Of a DNA stretch of 64,000 nt, positions 10,294 through 20,090 are shown piece after piece. How positions within the stretch are numbered: position 1 is the first letter of the stretch; the number at the start of each line of letters is the position of its first letter. The translations under genes and the position numbers were made by a program. The notes under the pieces are model-generated. The model was given only the letters and a program-made list of their open reading frames with translations, had not been told where the DNA came from and made no database searches. This stretch comes from Nitrospirales bacterium (GTDB lineage: Bacteria > Nitrospirota > Nitrospiria > Nitrospirales > UBA8639): NCBI GenBank assembly GCA_965223295.1, contig CBDCWC010000002.1, positions 96,001-160,000 on the forward strand, read 5' to 3'.

Positions 10294-11034
10294 ATGCTTG
10301 ATAGCAGTTTCTCAGTCACGGAAATGAACGCTCAACACGTTCACTCAGAGTTTGGGCAACATTGGGCGTCTGGAGAGGCCTATCCGAAACCAGATAGTTT
10401 GAACGATACGTTCTGGCGATGGGAGTTTCTTCGCCGGCGGACTGATTATCGTCAAGATTGGGAGAAGTATTTTCAGTCAACCTATGAATACGATGTCGCC
10501 TGTGCAAACGATCCGAATTATCCCACCCGATATCAAAAAAAAGTTTTTTCTCCTGACCATCCAGCGTTTAAAGCCCGTATGCCGAACTCCCTAGAAAAAT
10601 ATCACTTGAGTGGGCTTCCAAATCCCACAATTGCGAAACCATGGATGCTGTCATTTGATTCCAACTATGGACGAATGTACTTTGGTCAAGGTCCTGATTG
10701 GTTAGGCGGGGGCGAAGAAGTGAGTTTGTGCCTTTCTGAATGGCGGGTCGCTGCGGTCTTTGATTTGAAAAAACCCCTCTCTCCACAAATAGACAAAGTG
10801 AAGGCAGATCTCTTGGAATGGCAAGAACATCAAGTGGGGCGAAATTTAGAGCGGAGAAAATGCCGGGATGAATGGCCGCTCTATCTCAGAGTGTTAGATG
10901 GCGTTGAAGTTGGTGTGTCGTTTCGGGAAATTGGGCATAGGCTTTTGGATATCAAGGAGGATGACGTGGCGGAGGCTCGCATCGCCCAGTTGTATAAACA
11001 AGCCTGTCAAATTAGTTTGCATTTTCCCGTGTAA
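10294..11034 (+). CDS. DUF6499 + DUF2285-like transcriptional regulator (FseA-like architecture)
   Basis: N-terminal WRWEFLRRRTDY and C-terminal YLRVLDGVEVGVSFREIG helix-turn-helix-like segment. Confidence 0.7.
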   Translation: MLDSSFSVTEMNAQHVHSEFGQHWASGEAYPKPDSLNDTFWRWEFLRRRTDYRQDWEKYFQSTYEYDVACANDPNYPTRYQKKVFSPDHPAFKARMPNSLEKYHLSGLPNPTIAKPWMLSFDSNYGRMYFGQGPDWLGGGEEVSLCLSEWRVAAVFDLKKPLSPQIDKVKADLLEWQEHQVGRNLERRKCRDEWPLYLRVLDGVEVGVSFREIGHRLLDIKEDDVAEARIAQLYKQACQISLHFPV

Positions 11035-11159
11035 AGCGTGGAGGAGAAAAGTTTTCAAAGAGAAAAGACCATGAATAATCGATTGAACAAGAATGGCATA
11101 CGAATATTCACCAATCATGAAGCATGACGGTGTGCGCATCGAACCATTAAGGAATACCT

Positions 11160-13739
11160 ATGAGTAAATTAATTGAGGCTCTCAATCGGTTGCAAACAAT
11201 GAAAGACGACGCTCCTCCTGCCATGGTTGCCGAAACAGATCCCGTTGAGGTTATGGAAACTCCGTCACTTTTCAGTTCTGTTATCCCATCTGAAAGTCCG
11301 AAGAAAGTTTCCGTCAAGAAAACGGTGGAAGCGGATCGGCCATTGTTCAATATGGCTGCGGATGATTGGCTTGGGGTGATCCAGCAAGAGTATCTGAGTA
11401 AATTTGTCAGAGAGGGTGGCGGTGCGGTGAAGGTTGCCGTCTTCCCTGATCACGACTCTTTAAAGAATTGCCGTCAGGAGCTAGATACCTTAGCCAATAA
11501 AGAAGCGTATGTTTTTGTGAAGGTTGATGCCCGGTTTACGAAAATACATATGGTGGAGCGGCTCTTTCACAAAATTGCCAAGCAGATCGATTGGGATGAT
11601 TTAGCCTATCGGTTTCTGCTTCGGTTATTCGAAGAAAATGGATATCAAAAACCTGATAGCCGGAAAGAGTTCTCTTTGCGTCAGATTGCGGCGTTGAATG
11701 AGCGGAAAGAACCCATGTTGCGTCGGGATGTCCAGACGTGGCTAGAAAAATCTATCGAAGGGGACTCCGGGCTTTGTCGTGAGTTTCGGATGGCGATGAT
11801 CCGTCTCTGTATAGCTCAATTAGAAGCTGGTGATTCAGATCGCGTGATGGCTACGGCTGTGAAGCAATGGTTGTGTGGTGATCTTCGTCTCATCTCTGGG
11901 GTCAAGAAAGCTATGATCTATCAAAAGGTGGCGCGGCATAATGCGCGGCATATGTTGACGTCGTTGACTCGGTGGTTGCGGTTGACTGGCATGGGCGGGC
12001 TCATTCTTACTCTGGATATTTCCCGGTATTTTGGTAAACGCCATGAATCTCCAGAAGACGGTTCCTTGAAATTCACACCTTCAGCCACGATGGATTTATT
12101 TGAATTGCTTCGACAATTTTTAGATACGGCTGATGAAATTGAAGGCCTTCTCATGGTGGTGATGGCACCTCAAGAATTTCTCACAGATTCGCGCCGAGGT
12201 GTTGACCGATATGAAGCGTTAAAGTTGAGAGTCTGGGATGATATCCGGCCGAAACATCGCCAGAACCCTTTAGCCTCAATGGTGCGGATTCAAGGTGTGG
12301 AAGAAGGAGCCCTTGCGTCCAGTCCCCTTTCTCCGCCAACCCTTCAAGGGCATGGGACTGTGCCGGATGTCGAGGCTCGGCGAGTGATGGAAGGTCTCCG
12401 GGCAGGGGTGCCCAATCAGAGCGTGGTTGCGGCGTTAGGCTGTTTGCAGCCTGAGATCGAGGGACGGTTCCGTCGGATGCTGGAGGCCACTCAACAAAAC
12501 ATTACGACAGGTCCTTGTCCGCGAGGGATGGTGATTGAGGGTGGATTTGGAAGTGGAAAATCTCATGTCCTAGAGTTTTTGCAACATCTGGCCTTGGATG
12601 CCAATTTTATTTGCAGCCGCGTGGTCATTAGTAAAGAAACGCCGTTCTATCATCCTGTTCGACTGTTTTATTCGGCTATTGAATCGGCCGTTGTTCCGGA
12701 TAAACAGGGGGAGGTGTTTGCGGAAATTGCCAGTGAATGTGATGTGTGGGCGCCTCGCTATAAGGAGCTTGTGGCCTGGGTCAATGATCCTGAGCATCAT
12801 ATTGATACGCGTTTTGCTGCGACCTTGCTTCTCTACGAACGGATGAGTTCGGATTTAGAATTAGGTCACAGAATGGCTCGTTTTTGGACAGGGGATCCGA
12901 TTGGGGTCGGAGAGTTGAAAAAGTATCTGAAAGAGGCTGGTTTTGGAGGGCATTATACGTTTGGTCGCGTATCGGCCGCTGAGCTAGCCCTTCAGCGGTT
13001 CCAGTTCGCATCTCGGTTGATGCAGGCAGCTGGCTATGCCGGATGGATTTTGCTCATTGATGAAGCCGAACTGATCGGGCGGTATTCTGTCAATCAACGA
13101 GCGAAGTCTTACGCGGAAGTGGCTCGCTTAATGAATATGATCGATGGACAAATGCTGCCAGGGCTGGGAACGGTCATTGCCTTAACCAACGATTTTCGAG
13201 AAGAAATTTTAGAGAAAAAAGGCGATAGCGTGAAGTTGTTGGAGAAACTTCGTAACAAACAGACTGAGGCTGATCGGATCCTAGCCGACAAAGCGGAATT
13301 AGGCATGAGCCTTCTTCAATCTCAACGCATTCCGCTAGGACAACCGTCGTTCGAGACGATTCAGGAAGTGTATCAAGTTGTCCGAGGGCTTCATCTTAAG
13401 GGACATGGCTGGCGTATGTGGGAGAATACCTCAGAGGATTCACCCACGATGGTGGCTGGAACGAGAATGCGGAAATACGTGAAAAGTTGGGTCACGGAAT
13501 GGGATTTTTCCCGTCTCTATCCAGGGGAAGCCTGTGAAATTGAAGTGTCACCTTGGAAGCCTTCCTATGATGAACCCGAAGAGGTTTTTGATGAACCAGC
13601 AGAACCTGAAGTCAGTCCTACGATACAAATTTTGGAAGTGCCTGACGTATCGCCTAGCAGTTCTTCAGAAGATGCCGGTGAATGTGAGGCTCCTTCCACT
13701 TCTTCGACCATGGATTCTTTGCCTCCGTCCTCGTCTTAG
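11160..13739 (+). CDS. Fused double DUF2791/BrxD-like P-loop protein (paralogue 1)
   Basis: C-domain EGLRAGVP, Walker A GGFGSGKS, Walker B ILLIDEAE. N-domain GGGAVKV...LRQFLD...RYEALKLR lacks the P-loop. Extra low-complexity N- and C-terminal tails. Confidence 0.8.
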   Translation: MSKLIEALNRLQTMKDDAPPAMVAETDPVEVMETPSLFSSVIPSESPKKVSVKKTVEADRPLFNMAADDWLGVIQQEYLSKFVREGGGAVKVAVFPDHDSLKNCRQELDTLANKEAYVFVKVDARFTKIHMVERLFHKIAKQIDWDDLAYRFLLRLFEENGYQKPDSRKEFSLRQIAALNERKEPMLRRDVQTWLEKSIEGDSGLCREFRMAMIRLCIAQLEAGDSDRVMATAVKQWLCGDLRLISGVKKAMIYQKVARHNARHMLTSLTRWLRLTGMGGLILTLDISRYFGKRHESPEDGSLKFTPSATMDLFELLRQFLDTADEIEGLLMVVMAPQEFLTDSRRGVDRYEALKLRVWDDIRPKHRQNPLASMVRIQGVEEGALASSPLSPPTLQGHGTVPDVEARRVMEGLRAGVPNQSVVAALGCLQPEIEGRFRRMLEATQQNITTGPCPRGMVIEGGFGSGKSHVLEFLQHLALDANFICSRVVISKETPFYHPVRLFYSAIESAVVPDKQGEVFAEIASECDVWAPRYKELVAWVNDPEHHIDTRFAATLLLYERMSSDLELGHRMARFWTGDPIGVGELKKYLKEAGFGGHYTFGRVSAAELALQRFQFASRLMQAAGYAGWILLIDEAELIGRYSVNQRAKSYAEVARLMNMIDGQMLPGLGTVIALTNDFREEILEKKGDSVKLLEKLRNKQTEADRILADKAELGMSLLQSQRIPLGQPSFETIQEVYQVVRGLHLKGHGWRMWENTSEDSPTMVAGTRMRKYVKSWVTEWDFSRLYPGEACEIEVSPWKPSYDEPEEVFDEPAEPEVSPTIQILEVPDVSPSSSSEDAGECEAPSTSSTMDSLPPSSS

Positions 13740-13931
13740 CATCCAGCTTGGTGCGAGACACGTTCCCTGTGTTAATCTACAGTCCGAGTGAAGGAGCGTT
13801 TGCCAAGAACGCTCTTTGCAGCCCTATTCTTTGTCACGTCTTTTCCTCTTTATTTTGTTTCTAGGCACTTCATTTTCTCCTGAAACCCGTCTTCATTTGC
13901 CTATTCCCGGATAATCGTTAGGATAGTCTTC

Positions 13932-15227
13932 TTGCTACACAGTTCCTCCTCGCCTGTATCAACCATTTTCCGTATGTGGTGGCCGTTAGCGGGCAGTTGG
14001 CTTCTGATGGGAGTGGAATTGTTGTTAGTCGCGGCCATTGTGTCTCGTTTAGCCAATCCGGAAATTCATTTAGCCGCCTATGGTGGGGTGGTCTTTCCAC
14101 TTTCCCTGTTGATTGAAGCACCCATCATCATGATTTTGGTGGCCTCAACGGCGTTATGTAAAGACTGGCAGGCTTACCGCTTGATGCGAAATTTTATTGT
14201 GACGTTAGGGGCGGGTCTCACGTTCCTTCATATGCTTTTGGCTTTTACCCCTTTGTACGATGTGGTTGTGAAAGTCATTCTAGAGGCTCCACAAAGTATT
14301 TGGGAGCCTGCCAGAATGGGGTTGCAAATGATGACGCTCTGGACCATGGCAATTGCGTTGAGGCGGTTTTTCCAAGGTCTGGTGATTCGGGCGAGCCGGA
14401 CTCGTCTTGTGGGTATTGGGACGATACTTCGCTTGGGCGTTAGTGCATCAGTCTTATTTGCTGGGCTGATGATACAAAACTTTTCAGGCATCTTTGTGGC
14501 AACAGCCGCTCTCTCGGCTGGGGTGCTTGTTGAGGCAGGTTTTATGTTCTGGTGTGTTCATCCGATTGTGCAAAACTTGCGTGATCAGCCTGTGGTGCCC
14601 GAGTGGAAGCCGTTAACGCTTTCTTATTTAATGAAATTTTATTGGCCATTGGCGGTTACTCCGTTAATTGCTTTGGCCACGCTCCCTATCTTAAGCGCAG
14701 CCATCAGTCGTATGCCGCAGGCCTTAGAATCATTAGCGGTATGGCCAGTGATAAGCGGGCTCACCTTCGTGTTCCGAAGTGTGGGGATTGCGGTTCAAGA
14801 GGTGGTGGTGACTTTTTCAGACCGGCCTCAATATTTTCGGCCTCTGCAACACTTTGTGGGGTTGGTGTCTTTGGGTTCTTTCGGATCGTTGTTCTTGATT
14901 GCTGCTACGCCGCTGTCAACGTTTTGGTTTGGAACTGTCGCGGCTCTCAGTCCTGAGCTTGCGGCCATGGCCAATACTGCACTGTGGATAGCGGTGATCT
15001 TGCCAGCCCTAAGTCCCTGGGAAAGTTATTTTCAAGGAAAACTGGTCTATCATGGCGCGACCGTTTCTATTACACAAGCTGTCAGTCTCTATCTCATAGG
15101 AATGGCGCTCCTCTTAAGCCTGGGAATCATATATGGACAAATCCCAGGTTTGTATATAGGACTCACCGCGGTTCTGGTTGGGTTAGGAGTCCAAATAAGC
15201 TGGCTTTGGAAGCATAGTCAAAGATGA
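13932..15227 (+). CDS. MATE/MOP-superfamily-like multi-pass membrane protein
   Basis: About 12 TM segments in two related halves (WWPLA / YWPLA repeats). Start codon uncertain. Confidence 0.7.
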   Translation: MLHSSSSPVSTIFRMWWPLAGSWLLMGVELLLVAAIVSRLANPEIHLAAYGGVVFPLSLLIEAPIIMILVASTALCKDWQAYRLMRNFIVTLGAGLTFLHMLLAFTPLYDVVVKVILEAPQSIWEPARMGLQMMTLWTMAIALRRFFQGLVIRASRTRLVGIGTILRLGVSASVLFAGLMIQNFSGIFVATAALSAGVLVEAGFMFWCVHPIVQNLRDQPVVPEWKPLTLSYLMKFYWPLAVTPLIALATLPILSAAISRMPQALESLAVWPVISGLTFVFRSVGIAVQEVVVTFSDRPQYFRPLQHFVGLVSLGSFGSLFLIAATPLSTFWFGTVAALSPELAAMANTALWIAVILPALSPWESYFQGKLVYHGATVSITQAVSLYLIGMALLLSLGIIYGQIPGLYIGLTAVLVGLGVQISWLWKHSQR

Positions 15228-15235
15228 TTATATAA

Positions 15236-15273
15236 GGGGTCAGACTCGAATTAAATAATTCGAGTCTGACCCC
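15236..15273. repeat. Perfect 18-bp inverted repeat
   Basis: GGGGTCAGACTCGAATTA-aa-TAATTCGAGTCTGACCCC. Confidence 0.9.
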
Positions 15274-15288
15274 CTATTGTTAATATTT

Positions 15289-15380
15289 GAGAGTGTTGTA
15301 TATTGCAACGCACCAGAGGCAAATTTGCCCGTGATGACGTTGGGTGCCAAGCACCGCTGGTGGCTTTTTTCAACAGGCCC
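15289..15380 (+). mobile_element. Internally deleted MITE copy (92 bp) with 5-bp TSD (TATTT)
   Basis: Ends GAGAGTGTTGTA / TTCAACAGGCCC. TATTT occurs at 15284-15288 and 15381-15385. Shares CAGAGGCAAATTTGC with the 1097 copy. Confidence 0.8.
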
Positions 15381-15395
15381 TATTTAGATAGAAGG

Positions 15396-15434
15396 TGCAT
15401 GAAAATCCATTCAAAGTGTATGGATTTTCATGCA
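15396..15434. promoter_or_regulatory. 15-bp inverted repeat upstream of a response regulator (operator or hairpin)
   Basis: TGCATGAAAATCCAT-N9-ATGGATTTTCATGCA. Confidence 0.5.
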
Positions 15435-15549
15435 TAGTGAATATGTGATGGGACAGAGTTGAATCTTGTAAGTTATTGAATTGTTTATAAAATTTTTTCT
15501 AATTTCTAGGGATATTTATAGGAACATACATTGCTTGTGTTTGGGTACT

Positions 15550-15915
15550 ATGCAGAAAGTATTAGTCATTGAAGATGATGAACTGGTACGAGATTCTGTC
15601 TCGCTTTCTTTGGAATCGGCTGGGTATGAGGTGATGGAGGCATCGAGTAGCCTGGAAGGCCTTCAAAGTCAGAAGCAATTTGGTGCTTCAGTCATCATTT
15701 CTGATGCCTTGTCGTTAGAAAACGAAGAAGGGAAGGCTTTTCAGCAATTTTGCCTACAATCTCCAGGCATTCCTCTTATTACATTAATGGGTTCCATGTC
15801 AGATTCTGATACTTTGCACTCAGACTCTGCAGTGTCTAAGTCTCCACACACGTTGCAGAAACCCTTTACTCTAGATGAGCTTCTCGCCACAGTTGAAAAC
15901 GCCTTAACTCATTAA
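15550..15915 (+). CDS. Single-domain response regulator (receiver)
   Basis: MQKVLVIEDD...VIISD...LQKPF. ATG at 15550 preferred. Confidence 0.85.
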   Translation: MQKVLVIEDDELVRDSVSLSLESAGYEVMEASSSLEGLQSQKQFGASVIISDALSLENEEGKAFQQFCLQSPGIPLITLMGSMSDSDTLHSDSAVSKSPHTLQKPFTLDELLATVENALTH

Positions 15916-16024
15916 GAGCACCGGCAGTTTTCTTTCCTGATCGTTTAGGTCTGTTCTTCCAGTTACCCGAACTCGCAAACATTGTAGACGGTCAGGCTGT
16001 CAAGCCGCCTTTGTTTTCTTAGCG

Positions 16025-16492
16025 TTAGTCGCTAGGTGGTTCGAAATGTCCCGGTGGACGTGAACCCCACGGGACTGTGGTGGCGCGGATTTGTTTAGAC
16101 AAGCTTTGAAGGTTGACATGGGCCGCTCGAATGAGTTTTGGGTCATCGTGATGAATAAGGTTGGTGAGTAAGACAAAAAGATCCGGATAGTCACGTCGGG
16201 CTTGAATCATCCGTTCGAAGATAGGGTCGATGTCATGACCTGTGGGCAATTCGGGTTGGTCGTCATCCAGGTCATTCCATAAACGTTGAATGATCAAGGG
16301 GTGGTAATGAAGCCATGAGATGGGGATCTGCAAATATCTGGCAAGCGTTGCGAGGAGAGAAACTGTCGGATCCATACTCCCATTTTGGATGCCCTGTAAC
16401 GTGCTGAGATCAATAGCCGATTGTTGGGCCAGTTTCGAGAGAGGGAGTTGACGATATTGACACCATGGTTGAAGATACAGTTCTTGAGGCAT
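16025..16492 (-). CDS. XRE-family HTH protein
   Basis: LSKLAQQSAIDLSTLQGIQNGSMDPTVSLLATLARYL helix-turn-helix pattern. Confidence 0.7.
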   Translation of the reverse strand: MPQELYLQPWCQYRQLPLSKLAQQSAIDLSTLQGIQNGSMDPTVSLLATLARYLQIPISWLHYHPLIIQRLWNDLDDDQPELPTGHDIDPIFERMIQARRDYPDLFVLLTNLIHHDDPKLIRAAHVNLQSLSKQIRATTVPWGSRPPGHFEPPSD

Positions 16493-16666
16493 GCGAGATC
16501 ATAGCCAACCGCTGTATGCAAGTCCACCATATAAAATGTGAAAAATGCAGCGTGGAGGGCGACAATCGAGATAGGCACTAACTCTGCTCCTGAGATGGCT
16601 TGCACTCTGAACGACATGCCATTCACTAATTTGGAATGTGTCAAGGTGGTGAGGTAGAGTCTCTTC

Positions 16667-18442
16667 GTGTCAATCTCTGCACGATATGTGTTGCCAGTAG
16701 TGGTCCTGATGTGGGTGTTACTTCCGCTAGCCATTTCGGCCGAGGTCTTGCCTGAACAGGTGGCTGTGCTCGTAAATATCCAAAATCCTGCCAGTCAAGA
16801 ATTGGCGAACTACTATATGGAGCGTCGACATATTCCGCCTGTTAACCGCGTGGACTTGGATCTCCCTACCTCCAACGCGATTAATCGCGATGCGTACGAC
16901 AAGGATTTGGTTGTGTCTGTGCGAAAAGCATTAAGGAAAAAGGGATTGGCGGATACGATTAGCACATTGGTGAGCGTATTTGGCATACCATTGCGAGTCC
17001 GTGCTCCCAAGCCAACGGAAGAAGAACAAGTCTGGATAGAGGATGCCAGAGGCTGGAGACAGTCGGCTCTGAATCTCCTGCACGAACAGGAACAAGAGGT
17101 ACGAAATTTACAGGCGCGTGTGATGCTAGCTGAGCAGCCTCTTGCCAAATTCATTATTCCGCCACCAGATACAAGTGGGCAGCCAACCACATCCAAAATC
17201 CGCACTTGGAAAAATAGCCTCACGACATTGCTCAAGACCAGCCATGAAGACATTGTTGTAAACGCTCATGCGCAGAACAAAGAGGAGGTCCTTGCCGTAT
17301 ACCGGAAAATTGTTCGACGTATGTTTGGGAAATTTGGCGTGAAGGCGTTTAGTAGAGAGATGTCTGGTTCATCGGTTGATTCTAAGGGTGAAGAAGTTGT
17401 GGCTCAGCAGCGGATAGCAAGGCTCATGCAGCAGCCGTCCTTCAAGACGCGGACTAAAGCCTATGGCCTTGTGCAGCCAGCGTTTGGTCTATGGGGGATT
17501 TTGGCACTCGCCCATTGGGAAATAGAACGATATGGACAGGCTGACGGAAGTGCAAGTGTCGATAGTGAGCTGAGTTTTTTGTGGTGGAATGCTGAAACGT
17601 ATCCTGTTGGGGGACGTCTGCCCAATCCCTTGTACCTGGGGTATGCTGGCCAGGTTGCTGAGTGGCCACTTCCTACTTTAATGGTGAGTCGATTGGATGC
17701 CCCAACTCCTGAACATGTGCGAGGGATGATTGATCAATCCATTGAAACGGAATCACGAGGTCTTTCCGGCAAGGTGTACGTGGATGCACGAGGCATAAAA
17801 AAGGAAGGCGCTCCTTTGTCCACTGGGTTTTACGATTTGGATATGCAGAATTTTGCAACACAATTCCGGAAAGGTTCGAACTATCCTGTGATCTTAGAAA
17901 ATACCGAACAACGTTTGAGTCAACCGGGAGATGCACCAAATGTTGCGCTCTATGTTGGGTGGTATCGGCTGAGGCATTACGAAAATGCTTTTACGTTTAA
18001 TCCGGGTGCAATTGGCTATCATATTGCCTCTGGCGAAGCGGCGAATGTTCATAATCCGCAAGAGTCCGGGTGGTGTAAAAACGCTTTGGAGCGGGGAATT
18101 ACGGTCACACTCGGTCCAGTTGATGAACCCTATTTAGATGCGTTCCCTTTGCCCACGGAATTTTTTGGTCTGTTGTATTCCGGGAAGTACTCTCTTGTCG
18201 AAGCCTATTATCTTTCCACACGGTATCTCAGTTGGAAAATGGTGCTCTTTGGCGATCCCTTGTATCGCCCTTGGCCGCCTTCGGATGTTGGGCGGCAAAA
18301 AGTGGTGCAGACATTATTACAGAAGGCCTCTTTGCCGAATCCTCCTTCTTTGCACATCTTTCCTTCTCCAAACACGGAATATGATTCCAGAAAATTCCCA
18401 GGAAAATATCCTCCATTTGATGTGAGAATGTTGAATCCATAA
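16667..18442 (+). CDS. TIGR03790-family exported protein (PEP-CTERM system-associated)
   Basis: Signal peptide, V.VLVN...S..LA.YY...R.IP, ASVDSEL, MVSRLDAP, LYVGWY, PGAIGYHIAS and G.V.EPYL.AFP motifs. Confidence 0.85.
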   Translation: MSISARYVLPVVVLMWVLLPLAISAEVLPEQVAVLVNIQNPASQELANYYMERRHIPPVNRVDLDLPTSNAINRDAYDKDLVVSVRKALRKKGLADTISTLVSVFGIPLRVRAPKPTEEEQVWIEDARGWRQSALNLLHEQEQEVRNLQARVMLAEQPLAKFIIPPPDTSGQPTTSKIRTWKNSLTTLLKTSHEDIVVNAHAQNKEEVLAVYRKIVRRMFGKFGVKAFSREMSGSSVDSKGEEVVAQQRIARLMQQPSFKTRTKAYGLVQPAFGLWGILALAHWEIERYGQADGSASVDSELSFLWWNAETYPVGGRLPNPLYLGYAGQVAEWPLPTLMVSRLDAPTPEHVRGMIDQSIETESRGLSGKVYVDARGIKKEGAPLSTGFYDLDMQNFATQFRKGSNYPVILENTEQRLSQPGDAPNVALYVGWYRLRHYENAFTFNPGAIGYHIASGEAANVHNPQESGWCKNALERGITVTLGPVDEPYLDAFPLPTEFFGLLYSGKYSLVEAYYLSTRYLSWKMVLFGDPLYRPWPPSDVGRQKVVQTLLQKASLPNPPSLHIFPSPNTEYDSRKFPGKYPPFDVRMLNP

Positions 18443-18507
18443 ATGCTATTCATTATCCATTGATGAGGCTTGCGTACTTGTAAAATTTTACATGAAAGGG
18501 TTGGGGG

Positions 18508-19008
18508 ATGGCTGAATCTTTAACGTCTTCTTCGTATTGTATCTGGCCTAGTCCTGTAGGGCGGCTTTTACTCGTTGGCGATCATGATGGGCTGCGAGGC
18601 CTGCATTTTCAGGATGGCAAACATCCTGTGAAAATAGACAAGTCATGGAAAGAGAACCGAGGTCCTTTTAAGGACGTGATTAAACAATTGGACCAATATT
18701 TTTCTGGGCGGTTGAAAAATTTTACTGTTCCATTGGCTTTAGAGGGGACGAAATTTCAACGTTCTGTGTGGCGAGCGTTGACAACTATTCCCTATGGAGC
18801 CACCGTTTCATATGGGGCCATTGCGAAAAAAATTGGGAACTCCCATGCTTCGCGGGCTGTGGGAGCAGCAAATGGGCAAAATCCGGTTTCCATTATTGTG
18901 CCCTGTCATCGGGTGATTGGTAGTAATGGACGATTAGTGGGGTATGGAGGAGGATTGTCGATTAAAGAAACCTTATTGGATTTGGAAACAAATTTTGTCG
19001 GGAATTAA
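18508..19008 (+). CDS. ogt: Methylated-DNA--protein-cysteine methyltransferase
   Basis: GT.FQ..VW..L..IPYG.T.SYG, RAVGAANG.NP and PCHRV active site. Confidence 0.95.
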   Translation: MAESLTSSSYCIWPSPVGRLLLVGDHDGLRGLHFQDGKHPVKIDKSWKENRGPFKDVIKQLDQYFSGRLKNFTVPLALEGTKFQRSVWRALTTIPYGATVSYGAIAKKIGNSHASRAVGAANGQNPVSIIVPCHRVIGSNGRLVGYGGGLSIKETLLDLETNFVGN

Positions 19009-19057
19009 AGGATGACTAGGGAAACAGAAAGTTTCGCCTAGCTTGCTCTGAGACGTT

Positions 19058-19669
19058 CTACGTCCTGGGATATTCTTGTTTTGAAATTGCCCCAAAGTGG
19101 ACTTGAAATGGTGGCTGAGCAACATTGTTTACGTAGCGGTTTAACGTTTCTCTAATCACAGGAAAAGCCAGTTGGTCCCATGGAATAGCTTCAATGGGCA
19201 TCAATTGCACTTCCAGGCTTTCTTCGCCTGGCCCAAAGTTCAAGTCTTGTAAGAGGGCACGATACACCACATACACTTGGCTGACATGTGGCAAGCTAAA
19301 TAGCGCGAATAACGAGTCAATCGTGACATTGGCTTGAGCTTCTTCCAGCGTTTCCCGAGCGGCCGCTTCTTCGATGCTTTCTCCTAATTCCATAAAGCCA
19401 GCTGGAAACGTCCAGAAGCCCAGACGAGGTTCAATTGCCCGTCGGCATAACAGAATCTGATCTTCCCATTCAGGTATGCATCCAGCCACCATTTTCGGAT
19501 TTTGGTAATGAATAGCCTCACAGGAAGGGCAGACCGCACGCAAGAGGGTTTCCCCCTGCGGGATTTTCTGCTCAACTTCTTCTCCACACTGGCTGCAAAA
19601 ATTGATTGGCGGAACCATTGAAGAAGACGTCGTAGATCGAAGGTTAGGCATGGCGCATCTCTTTCTCAT
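19058..19669 (-). CDS. NUDIX hydrolase with N-terminal zinc ribbon
   Basis: FCSQCG...CPSC, Nudix box GFMELGESIEEAAARETLEE. True start may be 19651 or 19618. Confidence 0.92.
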   Translation of the reverse strand: MRKRCAMPNLRSTTSSSMVPPINFCSQCGEEVEQKIPQGETLLRAVCPSCEAIHYQNPKMVAGCIPEWEDQILLCRRAIEPRLGFWTFPAGFMELGESIEEAAARETLEEAQANVTIDSLFALFSLPHVSQVYVVYRALLQDLNFGPGEESLEVQLMPIEAIPWDQLAFPVIRETLNRYVNNVAQPPFQVHFGAISKQEYPRT

Positions 19670-19760
19670 ATGATACTCAGAATCCTGCCTATTTCAAATT
19701 GTGCAGTGGCGGCGTCATTTTACGGTGCTTTCGTTGCTTGAAGCTATGCCCTGTCCATTT

Positions 19761-19985
19761 GGGAGTGTTGAATAATGAGGATATCAAAGGTCGTATGTCG
19801 GCATAAAACCCTTGGCGATCAATAGCGCCGGGTCTGTTCAAAATAGTCCGCTCGCCTGCGCGAAGCCGCTTCGGCGAAGCCAAGTCCAGCAAGGCCACAG
19901 CCATTTTTGCGCGCGGAGCGTACGGGCAGTACGTGAGTACGGAATAATGGCGAGAACGTTGCTGGCGGATTTTTTCAATCGATCC
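19761..19985 (+). mobile_element. MITE-like element with one palindromic insert
   Basis: Left end GGGAGTGTTGAA, degenerate right end TTCAATCGATCC. Insert CTCGCCTGCGCGAAGCCGCTTCGGCGAAGCCAAG follows AATAGTCCG. No clean TSD. Confidence 0.8.
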
Positions 19986-20090
19986 GTCATCATTGTGAAT
20001 CTGTCTGGTCCTTTGGTAAGGTGAACCGCATTTTTCGTCGTCAATTCAATACATTCATCAACAGTAGGAATTGTAAAGGAAAGACCTGGC

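Noticed and set aside
9948-11034. Prophage or ICE around the FseA-like gene
   Set aside because: No integrase, att-like repeat, tRNA target, conjugation or phage genes were recognised.
16294-16734. 146-aa minus-strand ORF and other antisense or alternate-frame ORFs inside long genes
   Set aside because: These are shadow ORFs overlapping better-supported genes.
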